From contig JAXDQU010000008.1 in assembly GCA_034667685.1 (NCBI GenBank), positions 1 through 64,000 on the forward strand: a DNA stretch of 64,000 bases. Reading direction: 5' to 3'. Position 1 is the first letter of the stretch. Each line of letters opens with the position of its first letter. The position numbers and the translations under genes were made by a program. Source of the stretch: Thermoplasmata archaeon (GTDB lineage: Archaea; Thermoplasmatota; SW-10-69-26; JACQPN01; JAJPHT01). Below, piece by piece: positions 40,275-48,937 of the stretch. Below the pieces are notes generated by a model. That model was not told the DNA's origin. It saw only the letters and a list, made by a program, of their open reading frames with translations, and did not search any database.

Positions 40275-40505
40275 CTTCTCGCTTCGCTCGAAGCGTCCAC
40301 GTCGTCTCGGCACCGAGACGGCTCGCTTCGCTCGCCTCGTGCGACGACGTGCCTGCAGGCACTCCGTCGCACGCTCGGCGCCGATCCCAACGCGTCCGCT
40401 CACCCTTCTTCTCGTCTCGGCCGATGCCTTTCCCCGCGGCCGGGACAACCGAAGCTTGATATTCGAACATGGGGACACGAACACAGTTTCTGGAGGCTCG
40501 GAGAC

Positions 40506-41672
40506 TTGAGGTTCCCCATCGTCGCGACGCTCGTGGCGCTCAGCAGCGTCGCGGGCCTGGCTGCCGCGGCCGCGCCGCTCTCCTTTGACGTGACGCACGC
40601 GCTTCCCGCGCTGCCGGCGCTGCCCACGGCGCCTGCCGCGCCCGACCTGGCCGGGACCGTCGCGCCGCGCGTCGAAGCGCCGCTCCCCGCCGCCGGCCTC
40701 GCCATGGCCGCGCGTCCCGTGGCGCCCGAGGCGCCCAGCGCGCCCGTGCTTCCGGCCTCGGCCGACGTCCCGGTGCTCCTCCTTCCCGACGGCTTCGCGT
40801 TCCTGGCGCCCGGCGCGCCCGCGACCGCGGCCGGCGTCCGCCTCGGCGCCGCCGCGCTGCCCGCGGCGCCCCGCGCGAGCGCCCCCGACGCGCCCCTTGC
40901 GCCGTCCCTGCTATCAAACGCCGAGGCGCAGCGCCTTCCGCCGCGCGAGGCCGCGCCCGTGGCCGCCGCCGCGCCCGTCCCGGACGCGCAGACCGCCTCC
41001 TCCCACGTCTTCGTCGCCTCGCCCGGCACGGCGCGCGTCGCGCAGGCCGCCGCCGCGGGCGCCCTCGTCGCGCTCGCGGGCGTGGGCGCCCTCGCGCTCT
41101 ACCACCGCATCCGGCCGCACGCCGCGCTGGAGAACGACACGCGCAAGCAGATCTTCGACGCCGTGTGCGGCAACCCCGGGCTGGGCGTGCACGCGATCGC
41201 GTCGCGCGCCGGCGTCTCGTACAGCACGACCACCTACCACCTGGAGCGCCTCGTGGCCGCGGGCATGATCGTGATGACGCCGGATGGCAACAAGCTCTGT
41301 TACTACAAGAACGGCGGCGCGTTCACCGAGGCCGAGCGCAGGATCCTCCCGCTCGTGAAGAACGACGAGGCCGCGAAGCTCCTCGAGGCGATCCTCGACT
41401 CGCCCGGCACGTACCGCGCCGCGCTGGCCGAGCGCCTCGGCGTCACCGCCACCACGATCAACTGGCACCTGCGCCGCCTGCGCGAAGCCGGCCTCATCGA
41501 CGAGGTCCGCCAGGGGCGCAACGCCTACCTCCACGTGCGCCTCGGCACGGTGCGCGAGAGCTTCCTCTCGCTGGCGGGCAAGGTCGACGCGACCGACGGC
41601 GCCGTGGCCGAGAGGCTGCGCCGCTTCGCCGCGTTCGACCTCCGTCCGTCGGGCCTCAGCTCGGGCGCGTGA
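40506..41672 (+). CDS. Membrane-anchored double winged-HTH transcriptional regulator
   Basis: Signal-like N-terminus, Ala/Pro-rich linker, TM helix, then two wHTH (NPG...TTTYHLERL; SPG...TINWHLRRL); TTG start inferred. Confidence 0.72.
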   Translation: MRFPIVATLVALSSVAGLAAAAAPLSFDVTHALPALPALPTAPAAPDLAGTVAPRVEAPLPAAGLAMAARPVAPEAPSAPVLPASADVPVLLLPDGFAFLAPGAPATAAGVRLGAAALPAAPRASAPDAPLAPSLLSNAEAQRLPPREAAPVAAAAPVPDAQTASSHVFVASPGTARVAQAAAAGALVALAGVGALALYHRIRPHAALENDTRKQIFDAVCGNPGLGVHAIASRAGVSYSTTTYHLERLVAAGMIVMTPDGNKLCYYKNGGAFTEAERRILPLVKNDEAAKLLEAILDSPGTYRAALAERLGVTATTINWHLRRLREAGLIDEVRQGRNAYLHVRLGTVRESFLSLAGKVDATDGAVAERLRRFAAFDLRPSGLSSGA

Positions 41673-41709
41673 AGCTCAGCGCAGCCACGCTGCCGCGCCA
41701 TGCGTGGCC

Positions 41710-42045
41710 TCACTTCCTTTTGCGATCGTCTTCGAGCATCGCTTCGAGCCGGTCGAGCATGCGCTCCCATTGGAGGCGCGTGGACTTGAGCCACCCCTCC
41801 GCGTCGTCGAAGGCGCGCGCTTCGAGCTTGCACTTGTGGACGCGCCCCTCGCGCCAGCGCCGCACCATGCCGGCCGCCTCCAGGACCGCGATGTGCTTCG
41901 AGACGGCCGGGAGCCCCATGTCGTGGGGCGCGGCCAGGTCGCCCACCGTCGCCTCCCCGCGCGCGAGGCGCTCGAGGATGGCCCGGCGCGTGGGGTCGGA
42001 CAGAGCATGGAAGCGCACGTCGAGCGCGGCGGGCCTCGCCGCCAT
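41710..42045 (-). CDS. ArsR/SmtB family transcriptional regulator
   Basis: FHALSDPTRRAIL, AVSKHIAVLEAAG, REGR. Confidence 0.9.
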   Translation of the reverse strand: MAARPAALDVRFHALSDPTRRAILERLARGEATVGDLAAPHDMGLPAVSKHIAVLEAAGMVRRWREGRVHKCKLEARAFDDAEGWLKSTRLQWERMLDRLEAMLEDDRKRK

Positions 42046-42046
42046 C

Positions 42047-42484
42047 TCACCCCTCCAGCGCGGCGGGCAGCCGCGCGAGGCAGCCCTCCCAGCCTTCGGC
42101 GTGCTGCTTCGTCGAGTCGGGGCCCGCGAAAAGCTCGTGGGTGAGGAGCATCTCGCAGCCGCCGCGGATCGGCGTGAGCTCGATGCGCACGATCGTCTCC
42201 TCCGGCGAGCCTTCCCATCGCCACGTGAACACCAGGAGGTCGGGCCGACGGAGCTGCGTGTACGTGCCGTGGAGCCGGTTGGGCGGCCCGGTGGGCGGCA
42301 CCATGTCCACGCGGTAGCGGCCGCCCTCGCGCGCGTCGAGCTCGTGCACGACGGTGCGCCAGTCGTCCATCGGCGCGAACCAGCGCGCGAGGCGGGCGGG
42401 ATCGGTGAACGCGTCGAAGACCTTCTCGGGCGGAACGGGCAGGCGGCGTTGCAGGAGCAGCGCCTCGGAGGGAGACTTCACCAT
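42047..42484 (-). CDS. SRPBCC (AHSA1-like) domain protein
   Basis: VFDAFTDP..LARWF, DAREGGRY, LVFTWRW, HAEGW. Confidence 0.88.
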   Translation of the reverse strand: MVKSPSEALLLQRRLPVPPEKVFDAFTDPARLARWFAPMDDWRTVVHELDAREGGRYRVDMVPPTGPPNRLHGTYTQLRRPDLLVFTWRWEGSPEETIVRIELTPIRGGCEMLLTHELFAGPDSTKQHAEGWEGCLARLPAALEG

Positions 42485-42583
42485 CTGGTGAAGTAGCGCG
42501 CCATGCTTCACCTTTTGGGAAAGTCTCGGCGGGGAGCAAACCTATTTCTCCGAGCCCCAGCCTGTGGGCGCCATCCACCCCGC

Positions 42584-42900
42584 CTGGACGCGGGGCGAAA
42601 GGCACCGGCTAGGCTGGGGGGCCAGGCCTCCCCTGTCACCTGACACGGCCTTCATGCAGGAGCTGACACCCCGGGGCGGCGGCCCCAGGGCGGCCGGGAG
42701 CCCGGAACCGACAATGAGACTTCGTCCCTCGTGGTCCGGGGCGCAAAGCACGCGCAAGCGGAAGCTTGCCGGGCGTGCCTTGCCACGGGAACCGGGTCAG
42801 GCGCGGAAGCGAGCAGCCTCACCGTGGACCAAGGACGTTCGTGGGGTCGCGGGGTCGAGAGAGTTCCGGGGTCACTCCCGTCCGTCGCTGACCGTCCACC
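42584..42900 (+). ncRNA. ffs: Archaeal signal recognition particle (7S) RNA
   Basis: Alu-like GGCTAGGCTGGGGGG...CCCCTGT; helix-8 GGGTCAGGCGCGGAAGCGAGCAGCC near 42794-42818; about 300 nt; ends approximate. Confidence 0.88.
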
Positions 42901-42966
42901 CGGGAGGTCGATGCCCGTCAAAACGCGTCCAAGCGGGGGGTCTGGGGGCTTTGCCCCCAGCCCAGA

Positions 42967-43476
42967 TCACCCGCACAGGTAGTCCACGAATTTTGATAGC
43001 GGGAGGCCCTCGTTCCAGCGCAGGACGTAGTTGCCTTTCTCGGTCTTGCCGACCTTCGGGAGGCGGTCGTAGAGGACGGCGATGCGCGGGGGGAGGTTCT
43101 CGGTGGGGAGCGTGTGGACGCGCCACGAGTCGCCGCGGACGCCCTTCCGCCGGAACGCGTAGAGCGGGATGACGCTGGCGCGGCTGCATTCGGCGCGCAT
43201 GGCCTCGGCCTGCTCCTGGTTGCGCTTGCTGCCGTCGGCGAAGTGGATGACGTCGGCGCTGGCGCTCTTGACCTCGATGGGGAAGCTGACGTCGCCGCGG
43301 AGCGCGACGAGGTCGACGCCCAGCGAGCCCGCGCCGCGCACCACGAGGAAGGGGCGGTGGCGCGCCTTGAGGTAGGCTGCCTGCTCGTCGGGCGAGCACG
43401 TCTTGATCGACCGGCGGATCGCCTCCTCGTCGCCCGAGAGGATCCCTTTCAGCTCGCGCTCGTAGGTGCTGCTCAT
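42967..43476 (-). CDS. hjc: Archaeal Holliday junction resolvase
   Basis: YEREL, VVRGAGS, VDLVA, IEVKS (PD-(D/E)xK Hjc signature). Confidence 0.8.
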   Translation of the reverse strand: MSSTYERELKGILSGDEEAIRRSIKTCSPDEQAAYLKARHRPFLVVRGAGSLGVDLVALRGDVSFPIEVKSASADVIHFADGSKRNQEQAEAMRAECSRASVIPLYAFRRKGVRGDSWRVHTLPTENLPPRIAVLYDRLPKVGKTEKGNYVLRWNEGLPLSKFVDYLCG

Positions 43477-43583
43477 CCCGTTGCCTGGCAGCGGGGAGCC
43501 TCTGCATGGCCTTTGAGGAGGGGGGAGCGAAACTGCGGCGGAAGCCTATTTGCACGCTCGCGGGGCATGCTCGCGGGAGCCCG

Positions 43584-44363
43584 ATGCAAGCCAAGGACGT
43601 CATGACGCGCACGCCCATCACGATCGACAAGGACCAGCGGCTCGACCACGTGCTCGAGACCATGCGCAAGAGCCGCGTGAGCAAGCTCGTCGTCGTCGAG
43701 AAGGGCGCGGTCGTCGGCCTCCTGGTGGACGGCGACATCGCCGACGAGCTGGGCGCCATCAAGAACCGCGGCGTCCCGGCGAGCCACCTCCACGTGAGCA
43801 GCGCGATGCGGCGCCGCTTCGAGGTCGTCGCGCCCGACACGGGCTTGGAGCAGGTGCGCGAGCTGCTCCTCGACGGCAACGCCGGCCTCGTCCCCGTCGT
43901 CCACGACCAGACCTGCGTGGGCGTCGTCACGTGCAGCGACATGCTCGCGCGCGTCGACTCGACGAAGACGATCGAGGAGATCATGACCAAGGCGCTGCAC
44001 GTCGTCGCGCCCAGCGACCGCGTCATCCATGCCCGGCGCATGATGGTCGACCACCGCGTCGAGCGCCTCCCCGTCCTCGATGGGGGCAAGCTCGTCGGGA
44101 TCGTCGGCGAGATGGACGTCGCGCTGGGCCTCGCGCGCTTCAAGGACACCGTCGCCGACAAGCACCAGCCCGCCGCCCTCCAGCGCTTCCTCGTCGAGGA
44201 CGTCATGACGCGCACCCTCACCACCGGCCGGCCCGAGATGACGCTCACCGAGGCCGCGCGCCTCATGAAGCAGAACGACGTGGGCTGCCTCCCCGTCCTG
44301 CGCGGCGAGCGCTGCGCCGGCATCGTCACGCGCGGGGACCTGATCCGCTTCGCGAAGCCGTGA
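43584..44363 (+). CDS. Tandem CBS-domain protein (4 CBS)
   Basis: DVMTRTPITI, RLPVLDGGKLVGIV, VGCLPV...GIVTRGDL. Confidence 0.88.
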   Translation: MQAKDVMTRTPITIDKDQRLDHVLETMRKSRVSKLVVVEKGAVVGLLVDGDIADELGAIKNRGVPASHLHVSSAMRRRFEVVAPDTGLEQVRELLLDGNAGLVPVVHDQTCVGVVTCSDMLARVDSTKTIEEIMTKALHVVAPSDRVIHARRMMVDHRVERLPVLDGGKLVGIVGEMDVALGLARFKDTVADKHQPAALQRFLVEDVMTRTLTTGRPEMTLTEAARLMKQNDVGCLPVLRGERCAGIVTRGDLIRFAKP

Positions 44364-44369
44364 ATCGTC

Positions 44370-44762
44370 ATGGCCCGCCGCGACGCGCTCCTCGTCGCCG
44401 CCCTGGCCGCCCTCGTCACGGCGGCGGGCGTCTTCTCGTGGATCATGCGCAACGGGTGCGCGGACTGCGGCAACGACGACTTCCGGCCGCCCTCGATCGA
44501 GCTGCGCGTCGTCAACCTGACCGCGCAGGCCGAGACGCTGGAGGTGACGTTCGTCTCCCGCGTCGCCCACTTCGACGACCTCCAGCTCCAGGTCGACGGC
44601 GCGAACGTCACGTGGCACGCCGAGCGCCCGCCGGGCACGCCCCTCGGGGGGCGCACGCCGCCTCTGGCGCGCGACCTCGTGGTCGTCGCCGCCTCGCAAG
44701 GCACGCTGCGCATCGTGGGCGTGGACTGCCGGTGCGTCGTCGCGACCTACGCATTGGGGTAG
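44370..44762 (+). CDS. Membrane-anchored hypothetical protein
   Basis: N-terminal hydrophobic helix followed by a beta-rich domain. Confidence 0.6.
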   Translation: MARRDALLVAALAALVTAAGVFSWIMRNGCADCGNDDFRPPSIELRVVNLTAQAETLEVTFVSRVAHFDDLQLQVDGANVTWHAERPPGTPLGGRTPPLARDLVVVAASQGTLRIVGVDCRCVVATYALG

Positions 44763-44792
44763 CCTGATAAGCCGGCGGGGGGCTCGCGCCTC

Positions 44793-45251
44793 GTGGCCGA
44801 GCCGCCGGCGCCGCGCAAGCGCGTCAAGGACGAGGAGGTCGTGGCGCTCCTCGTGAAGGTCATCCTGGAGGAGGGCACCGTCTCCTCCCAGTCGCGGCTC
44901 GCGGAGCTGGTCAACCGGCAGCTCAAGCGCCGCGGCGCCACCGTCACCCCCGCGCGGGCGCGCGTGCTCGCCGTGCGCAGCGGCCTGGTGGGCATCCACG
45001 TCCGCACGCGCGCGGGCGGCCCGACCCCCGACCTCGCGCGCTGCCCGGTGTGCGGCTCGAAGCTGCGCCGCACCGCGAACCGCACCCTCACCGGGAGCAC
45101 GGCCCAGACGGGTTACAAGTGCACGCGCTGCCCCTGGTGGACCGGCCGCGAGCTTCGCGTCCCGCACCACTACGTCTTCCAGGCCAAGGTGGCGCGGCTC
45201 GAAGGTGGAAACCCGGGCCAGCTCTCCTTCCTCCCGACGCGAAGGAGCTAG
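44793..45251 (+). CDS. Basic Zn-ribbon protein, probably nucleic-acid binding
   Basis: CPVCG ... YKCTRC; Arg-rich; HTH-like N-terminus. Confidence 0.7.
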   Translation: MAEPPAPRKRVKDEEVVALLVKVILEEGTVSSQSRLAELVNRQLKRRGATVTPARARVLAVRSGLVGIHVRTRAGGPTPDLARCPVCGSKLRRTANRTLTGSTAQTGYKCTRCPWWTGRELRVPHHYVFQAKVARLEGGNPGQLSFLPTRRS

Positions 45252-45299
45252 CCTTCCGGGGGGCAAGTTCTCCTCCCAAGGTCGTTCGCCGGCGCTCCT

Positions 45300-45378
45300 T
45301 TCCCAACACCGCGAATCCCCGAATCCGCGGACGACCCGGATCCCGGTGTCAGGAAGGGAGCGCCACGAAGACGCCCAT
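45300..45378 (+). repeat. Dispersed ~80-bp hairpin repeat, copy A (inverted copy at 59057-59136)
   Basis: ttcccaacacc...gaatccgcgga...ggtgtcaggaagggagcgccacgaagac matches the reverse complement of 59057-59136. Confidence 0.8.
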
Positions 45379-45441
45379 CGGGGCAGGAGCTCGCCCTCGC
45401 CCCCGGAAGGCTCATCACGGGTCGCTCCGGTGGCGGTCACG

Positions 45442-46071
45442 ATGGCCAGGCCCAAGGATCCCGAAGAACGCCGACGAATCGTCCAAGCCGCGGAGCGCCG
45501 CGAGCGCACGCAGCGCTACTCGCGCATCGCGATCATCGCGGTCGTCGCGATCGTCGTGATCGCGGGCGTGGCGTACGGCATCAGCAAGATCCCCAAGCCC
45601 CCCGGCCAGGTCCACTGGCACGCCACCTACGACATCTACGTCAACGGCGAGCGCGCGAACATCGCGCCGGCCACGGCCATCAGCCTCTTCTACGAGGGGG
45701 GCGACAACTTCCTCCCCGCGCACCTCCACCAGGGCTGCCCGACCATCATCCACAACGAAGGCACCGAGGGCAAGGGCTCCCTCCAGACGCTCTTCAACAA
45801 CGGCTGGGTCAAGCAGGGCGGCAAGCTCTCCAACGATGAGATGGTGATCCCGCCGGGCGCCTCGATCTCGGGCGACTTCAAGACGGACGCCACGCACTCG
45901 CTGCGCCTGTTCATCAGCCACAACAACGGCACCTGGGAGGGTCCGGTGGACGTGGGCACCCCGCTCCAGGACCACATGCGCTACCTGCTCGTGTACGGCA
46001 ACGAGACCGCCGACCAGGTCGCGGCGTACGAGAACGTGACGCCCCTCTTCGACCAGAAGATGGTCTGCTGA
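45442..46071 (+). CDS. Membrane-anchored extracellular protein with His motifs
   Basis: Basic N-terminus, TM helix, HWHA...HLH...IIHNE. Confidence 0.72.
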   Translation: MARPKDPEERRRIVQAAERRERTQRYSRIAIIAVVAIVVIAGVAYGISKIPKPPGQVHWHATYDIYVNGERANIAPATAISLFYEGGDNFLPAHLHQGCPTIIHNEGTEGKGSLQTLFNNGWVKQGGKLSNDEMVIPPGASISGDFKTDATHSLRLFISHNNGTWEGPVDVGTPLQDHMRYLLVYGNETADQVAAYENVTPLFDQKMVC

Positions 46072-46168
46072 GCTCACCCCGCCCGCGCCACGCCGGTCCG
46101 TCAGAAACGACGGATGGGATGGGATGCACGCGACGGACTCGTGCGGCGCGGGCGAGGATGAGAGGGAA

Positions 46169-46402
46169 CTAACCGGCGAAGGCCTGCTCGCGCTCCGCCT
46201 TCGCCACGCTGATCTCCAGCATGGCCTGGTTGACGTCGGCCTCGAACTCGCGCCGCGCGAGGGCCAGGACCGCGTTGCGGAACGCCTCGGTCATCGCGTA
46301 GCGGGGGCAGAGGAACTCGCCGGCCGCGGGCTCCATGAGGAGCGCGCAGCCCGAGTCCTTGCGGTGGGCGCAGTTGTCGCAGCTTGCGAGCAGGATTGCC
46401 AT
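46169..46402 (-). CDS. Small Cys-motif protein
   Basis: CDNC..C..C pattern, host-like codons. Confidence 0.55.
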   Translation of the reverse strand: MAILLASCDNCAHRKDSGCALLMEPAAGEFLCPRYAMTEAFRNAVLALARREFEADVNQAMLEISVAKAEREQAFAG

Positions 46403-46611
46403 TGCCAGTCTCTCCCGGTGGGCGAACCCATCGGCTGCGGGCGCGTTCCACGCGTCCAGCCTCACCGCATGGGTCGGGAACCTGCCATAACCCTTCGCAT
46501 CTCGATCCCGGCATCAATCCCCTCGTTCCGCCGGGGCCTCGTTGCCGGCCTTCCTGGGGGCGCGGCCGGGCGGCCGGAAGCGCTTATGCCGGAGGCGCGT
46601 GTGGCCCAAGC

Positions 46612-47877
46612 ATGGACCGCCTCGCCCTGCTGGCACGCCTCGCCCGACCGGGCGAAGCGGCGGTCCACCTCGCGGCGCAGGACCTCGTCGCCGCGCTGCC
46701 GGCCGCCTCGCTCGCCGTGCGCGAGGGCGTGGCGTGGCGGCGCGAGGCGGGCGGCGCGTGGCGCGCGACGGACGAACCCGCGTGGGAGGCGATGCGCGCG
46801 TTCCTGCGCGGGCCGGGCTGGCGCGTCGCGCTCCTCGGCTATGACGCAGGCCGTCTCGTCGAGCGCCTTCCTTCCCTCGCGCGGGACGACACGCGCCTCC
46901 CGCAGGTCCTGCTCCATCGCTTCGAGGCGGCATACGTCGCGGGCGACCTGCGGGCGGTGGACGACGCGGCCGGGCTGCGCCTGGCCGAGCGCGCGAAGGC
47001 CGATCCGCCCCCGCGCGCCGCGGGCCGCGCCGGGCCCCTCGCGCCCAGCCTGCCCCGCGCCCGCTTCGAGCGGATGGTGCACGAGGCGAAGGCGCACGTG
47101 CGCGCGGGCGACGTCTTCCAGGTCAACCTGAGCCATCGCCTCGAAGGGGATTGCGATGCCGACCCGGTGGCGCTCTACGCGCGGCTCGCGCGTGCGAACC
47201 CCGCGCCGCACGCCGCGTTTCTCCAGAGCGGGCCGCTGCCCGAGGACGCGGAAGGGTTCGTGGTGCTCAGCGCTTCGCCCGAGCGGCTCGTCCGGGTCGC
47301 GGATGGCCGGATCGAGGCGCGCCCCATCGCCGGCACGCGGCCGCGCGGCGCCGATCCGGAAGAAGACGCTGCGTTGGTCGAGGAGCTGCGCCGCGATGGG
47401 AAGGAGCAGGCGGAGCACGCGATGATGGTGGATCTGGCTCGCAACGATTTGGGCCGGGTCGCCGCGTTCGGCAGCGTGTGCGTGCCGCGCCTCGCCGACG
47501 TCGAAACGTACCGCAGCGTCCACCACCTGGTGAGCACGGTCGAGGCGCGCCTGCGGCCGGGCGCCGACGCGGTGGACGTGGTGCGCGCGCTCTTCCCGGG
47601 CGCCACGATCACCGGTGCGCCCAAGGTCCGCGCGATGGAGGTCATCGAGGCGCTGGAGCCGGTGCGCCGCGGCGTCTACACGGGCTCGCTGGGCGCCCTC
47701 ACGTCCGAGGGCGAGCTCGACCTGAACATCCTCATCCGCACGTTCCTCCTGCGCCGCGGCCGCCTGCACCTGCAGGTGGGGGCCGGCATCGTGGAGGAAA
47801 GCGATCCGGCGCGCGAGTGGGACGAGACGCTCGCAAAGGCCAAGGGGATGCTGCTGGCGCTGGAGGACGTCGCGTGA
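46612..47877 (+). CDS. pabB: Aminodeoxychorismate synthase / anthranilate synthase component I family
   Basis: GDVFQVNLS, SASPERL, PIAGTRPRG, EHAMMVDLARNDLG, ITGAPK; coupled to a class IV aminotransferase. Confidence 0.8.
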   Translation: MDRLALLARLARPGEAAVHLAAQDLVAALPAASLAVREGVAWRREAGGAWRATDEPAWEAMRAFLRGPGWRVALLGYDAGRLVERLPSLARDDTRLPQVLLHRFEAAYVAGDLRAVDDAAGLRLAERAKADPPPRAAGRAGPLAPSLPRARFERMVHEAKAHVRAGDVFQVNLSHRLEGDCDADPVALYARLARANPAPHAAFLQSGPLPEDAEGFVVLSASPERLVRVADGRIEARPIAGTRPRGADPEEDAALVEELRRDGKEQAEHAMMVDLARNDLGRVAAFGSVCVPRLADVETYRSVHHLVSTVEARLRPGADAVDVVRALFPGATITGAPKVRAMEVIEALEPVRRGVYTGSLGALTSEGELDLNILIRTFLLRRGRLHLQVGAGIVEESDPAREWDETLAKAKGMLLALEDVA

Positions 47878-48737
47878 GCTTCGACGTCGTCCACCTGAAC
47901 GGCCGGCTTCTCCCGAGGTCGGAGGCGAAGGTCGGCGTCGACGACCGCGGCTTCCTCCTGGGCGACGGCCTCTTCGAGACGATGCGCGCCTACCAGGGTA
48001 GACCGGCGTTCCTCGGCGAGCACCTCGCGCGGCTGCGCCACGGCGCCGCGGCGATGCGTCTCGCCTTGCCCGACGACCTCGCGGCGCGCGTGGCGGCCAC
48101 GCTCGCGGCGAACGGCATGCCCGACTGCGCGGTGCGCGTCACGGTCACGCGCGGCCCGGGCGGGCGGGGCGCCTCGCCGCGCGGCGCGGGGCCGCCCACC
48201 GTGCTCGTCGCGCTCTCTCCCATCCCTTACGCGGAGGAGCTTTACTCGTGCGGGCTGGCCGCCGTGACCGCGCCGGCGCCGCCCTCCCTGGGGCTGAAGG
48301 CCACGAGCTACGCGGCCCACGTGCTCGCGCGGATCGCGGCCGACGACGCGGGCGCCGACGAGGCCATCCTGGTCGACGGGACGGGCGCGCTGCTGGAAGC
48401 GACGCAGGCGAACGTCTTCCTCGTGCGCGGCGACGAGCTGCTCACGCCGCCCGCCGTTGGCGTCCTGCCCGGCGTGACGCGCGCGACGTTGCTGCGGATC
48501 GCGCCCGAGGCCGGCCTCACGCCGCGCGAGGCGCGCCTCACCCCGGCCGACGCGCGGGGGGCCGACGAGGCGCTGCTCTGCGCGAGCGTGCTGGAGGTCG
48601 CGCCCGTGGCGAGCCTCGATGGCGCGCCGCTGCGCCGGGGCGACGTCGCGGACCGCTTGCGCCGGCTCTACCGGCTCCACGCGACGCGCAGCGGGGAAAC
48701 CTCACCAAGCGAAGGGCTCAAGCACCACGTCGGCTGA
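47874..48737 (+). CDS. pabC: Class IV aminotransferase / aminodeoxychorismate lyase-like
   Basis: DRGFLLGDGLFET, HLARL, LK, EATQANVF, LPGVTR; GTGA overlap. Confidence 0.75.
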   Translation: MSFDVVHLNGRLLPRSEAKVGVDDRGFLLGDGLFETMRAYQGRPAFLGEHLARLRHGAAAMRLALPDDLAARVAATLAANGMPDCAVRVTVTRGPGGRGASPRGAGPPTVLVALSPIPYAEELYSCGLAAVTAPAPPSLGLKATSYAAHVLARIAADDAGADEAILVDGTGALLEATQANVFLVRGDELLTPPAVGVLPGVTRATLLRIAPEAGLTPREARLTPADARGADEALLCASVLEVAPVASLDGAPLRRGDVADRLRRLYRLHATRSGETSPSEGLKHHVG

Positions 48738-48802
48738 GTGCCCGGCGGGGCCTCGGCCCCAAAACGGTGGGATTGCATTTGCAGAACAACGTCTCTCAGC
48801 TC

Positions 48803-48937
48803 ATGCTGGAACGCAGGATGACGATTCCGGTCGACGCGCCGCTCAAGCTGGTCGAGGACATCGAGGCCTACAGCGCCCTCGTCGAGATGCAGGCGCGCAT
48901 GACGGGCCCGGCGTCATGGTACCAACGTCTCGCTTAG
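48803..48937 (+). CDS. Possible 44-aa small protein
   Basis: MLERRMTIPVDAPLKLVEDIEAYSALVEMQ..., host-like codons in a short gap. Confidence 0.4.
   Translation: MLERRMTIPVDAPLKLVEDIEAYSALVEMQARMTGPASWYQRLA

Noticed and set aside
42584-42900. RNase P RNA, or the ORFs listed at 42542-43172
   Set aside because: Carries SRP helix-8 and Alu-like motifs and lacks RNase P P4 signatures; the overlapping ORFs look spurious
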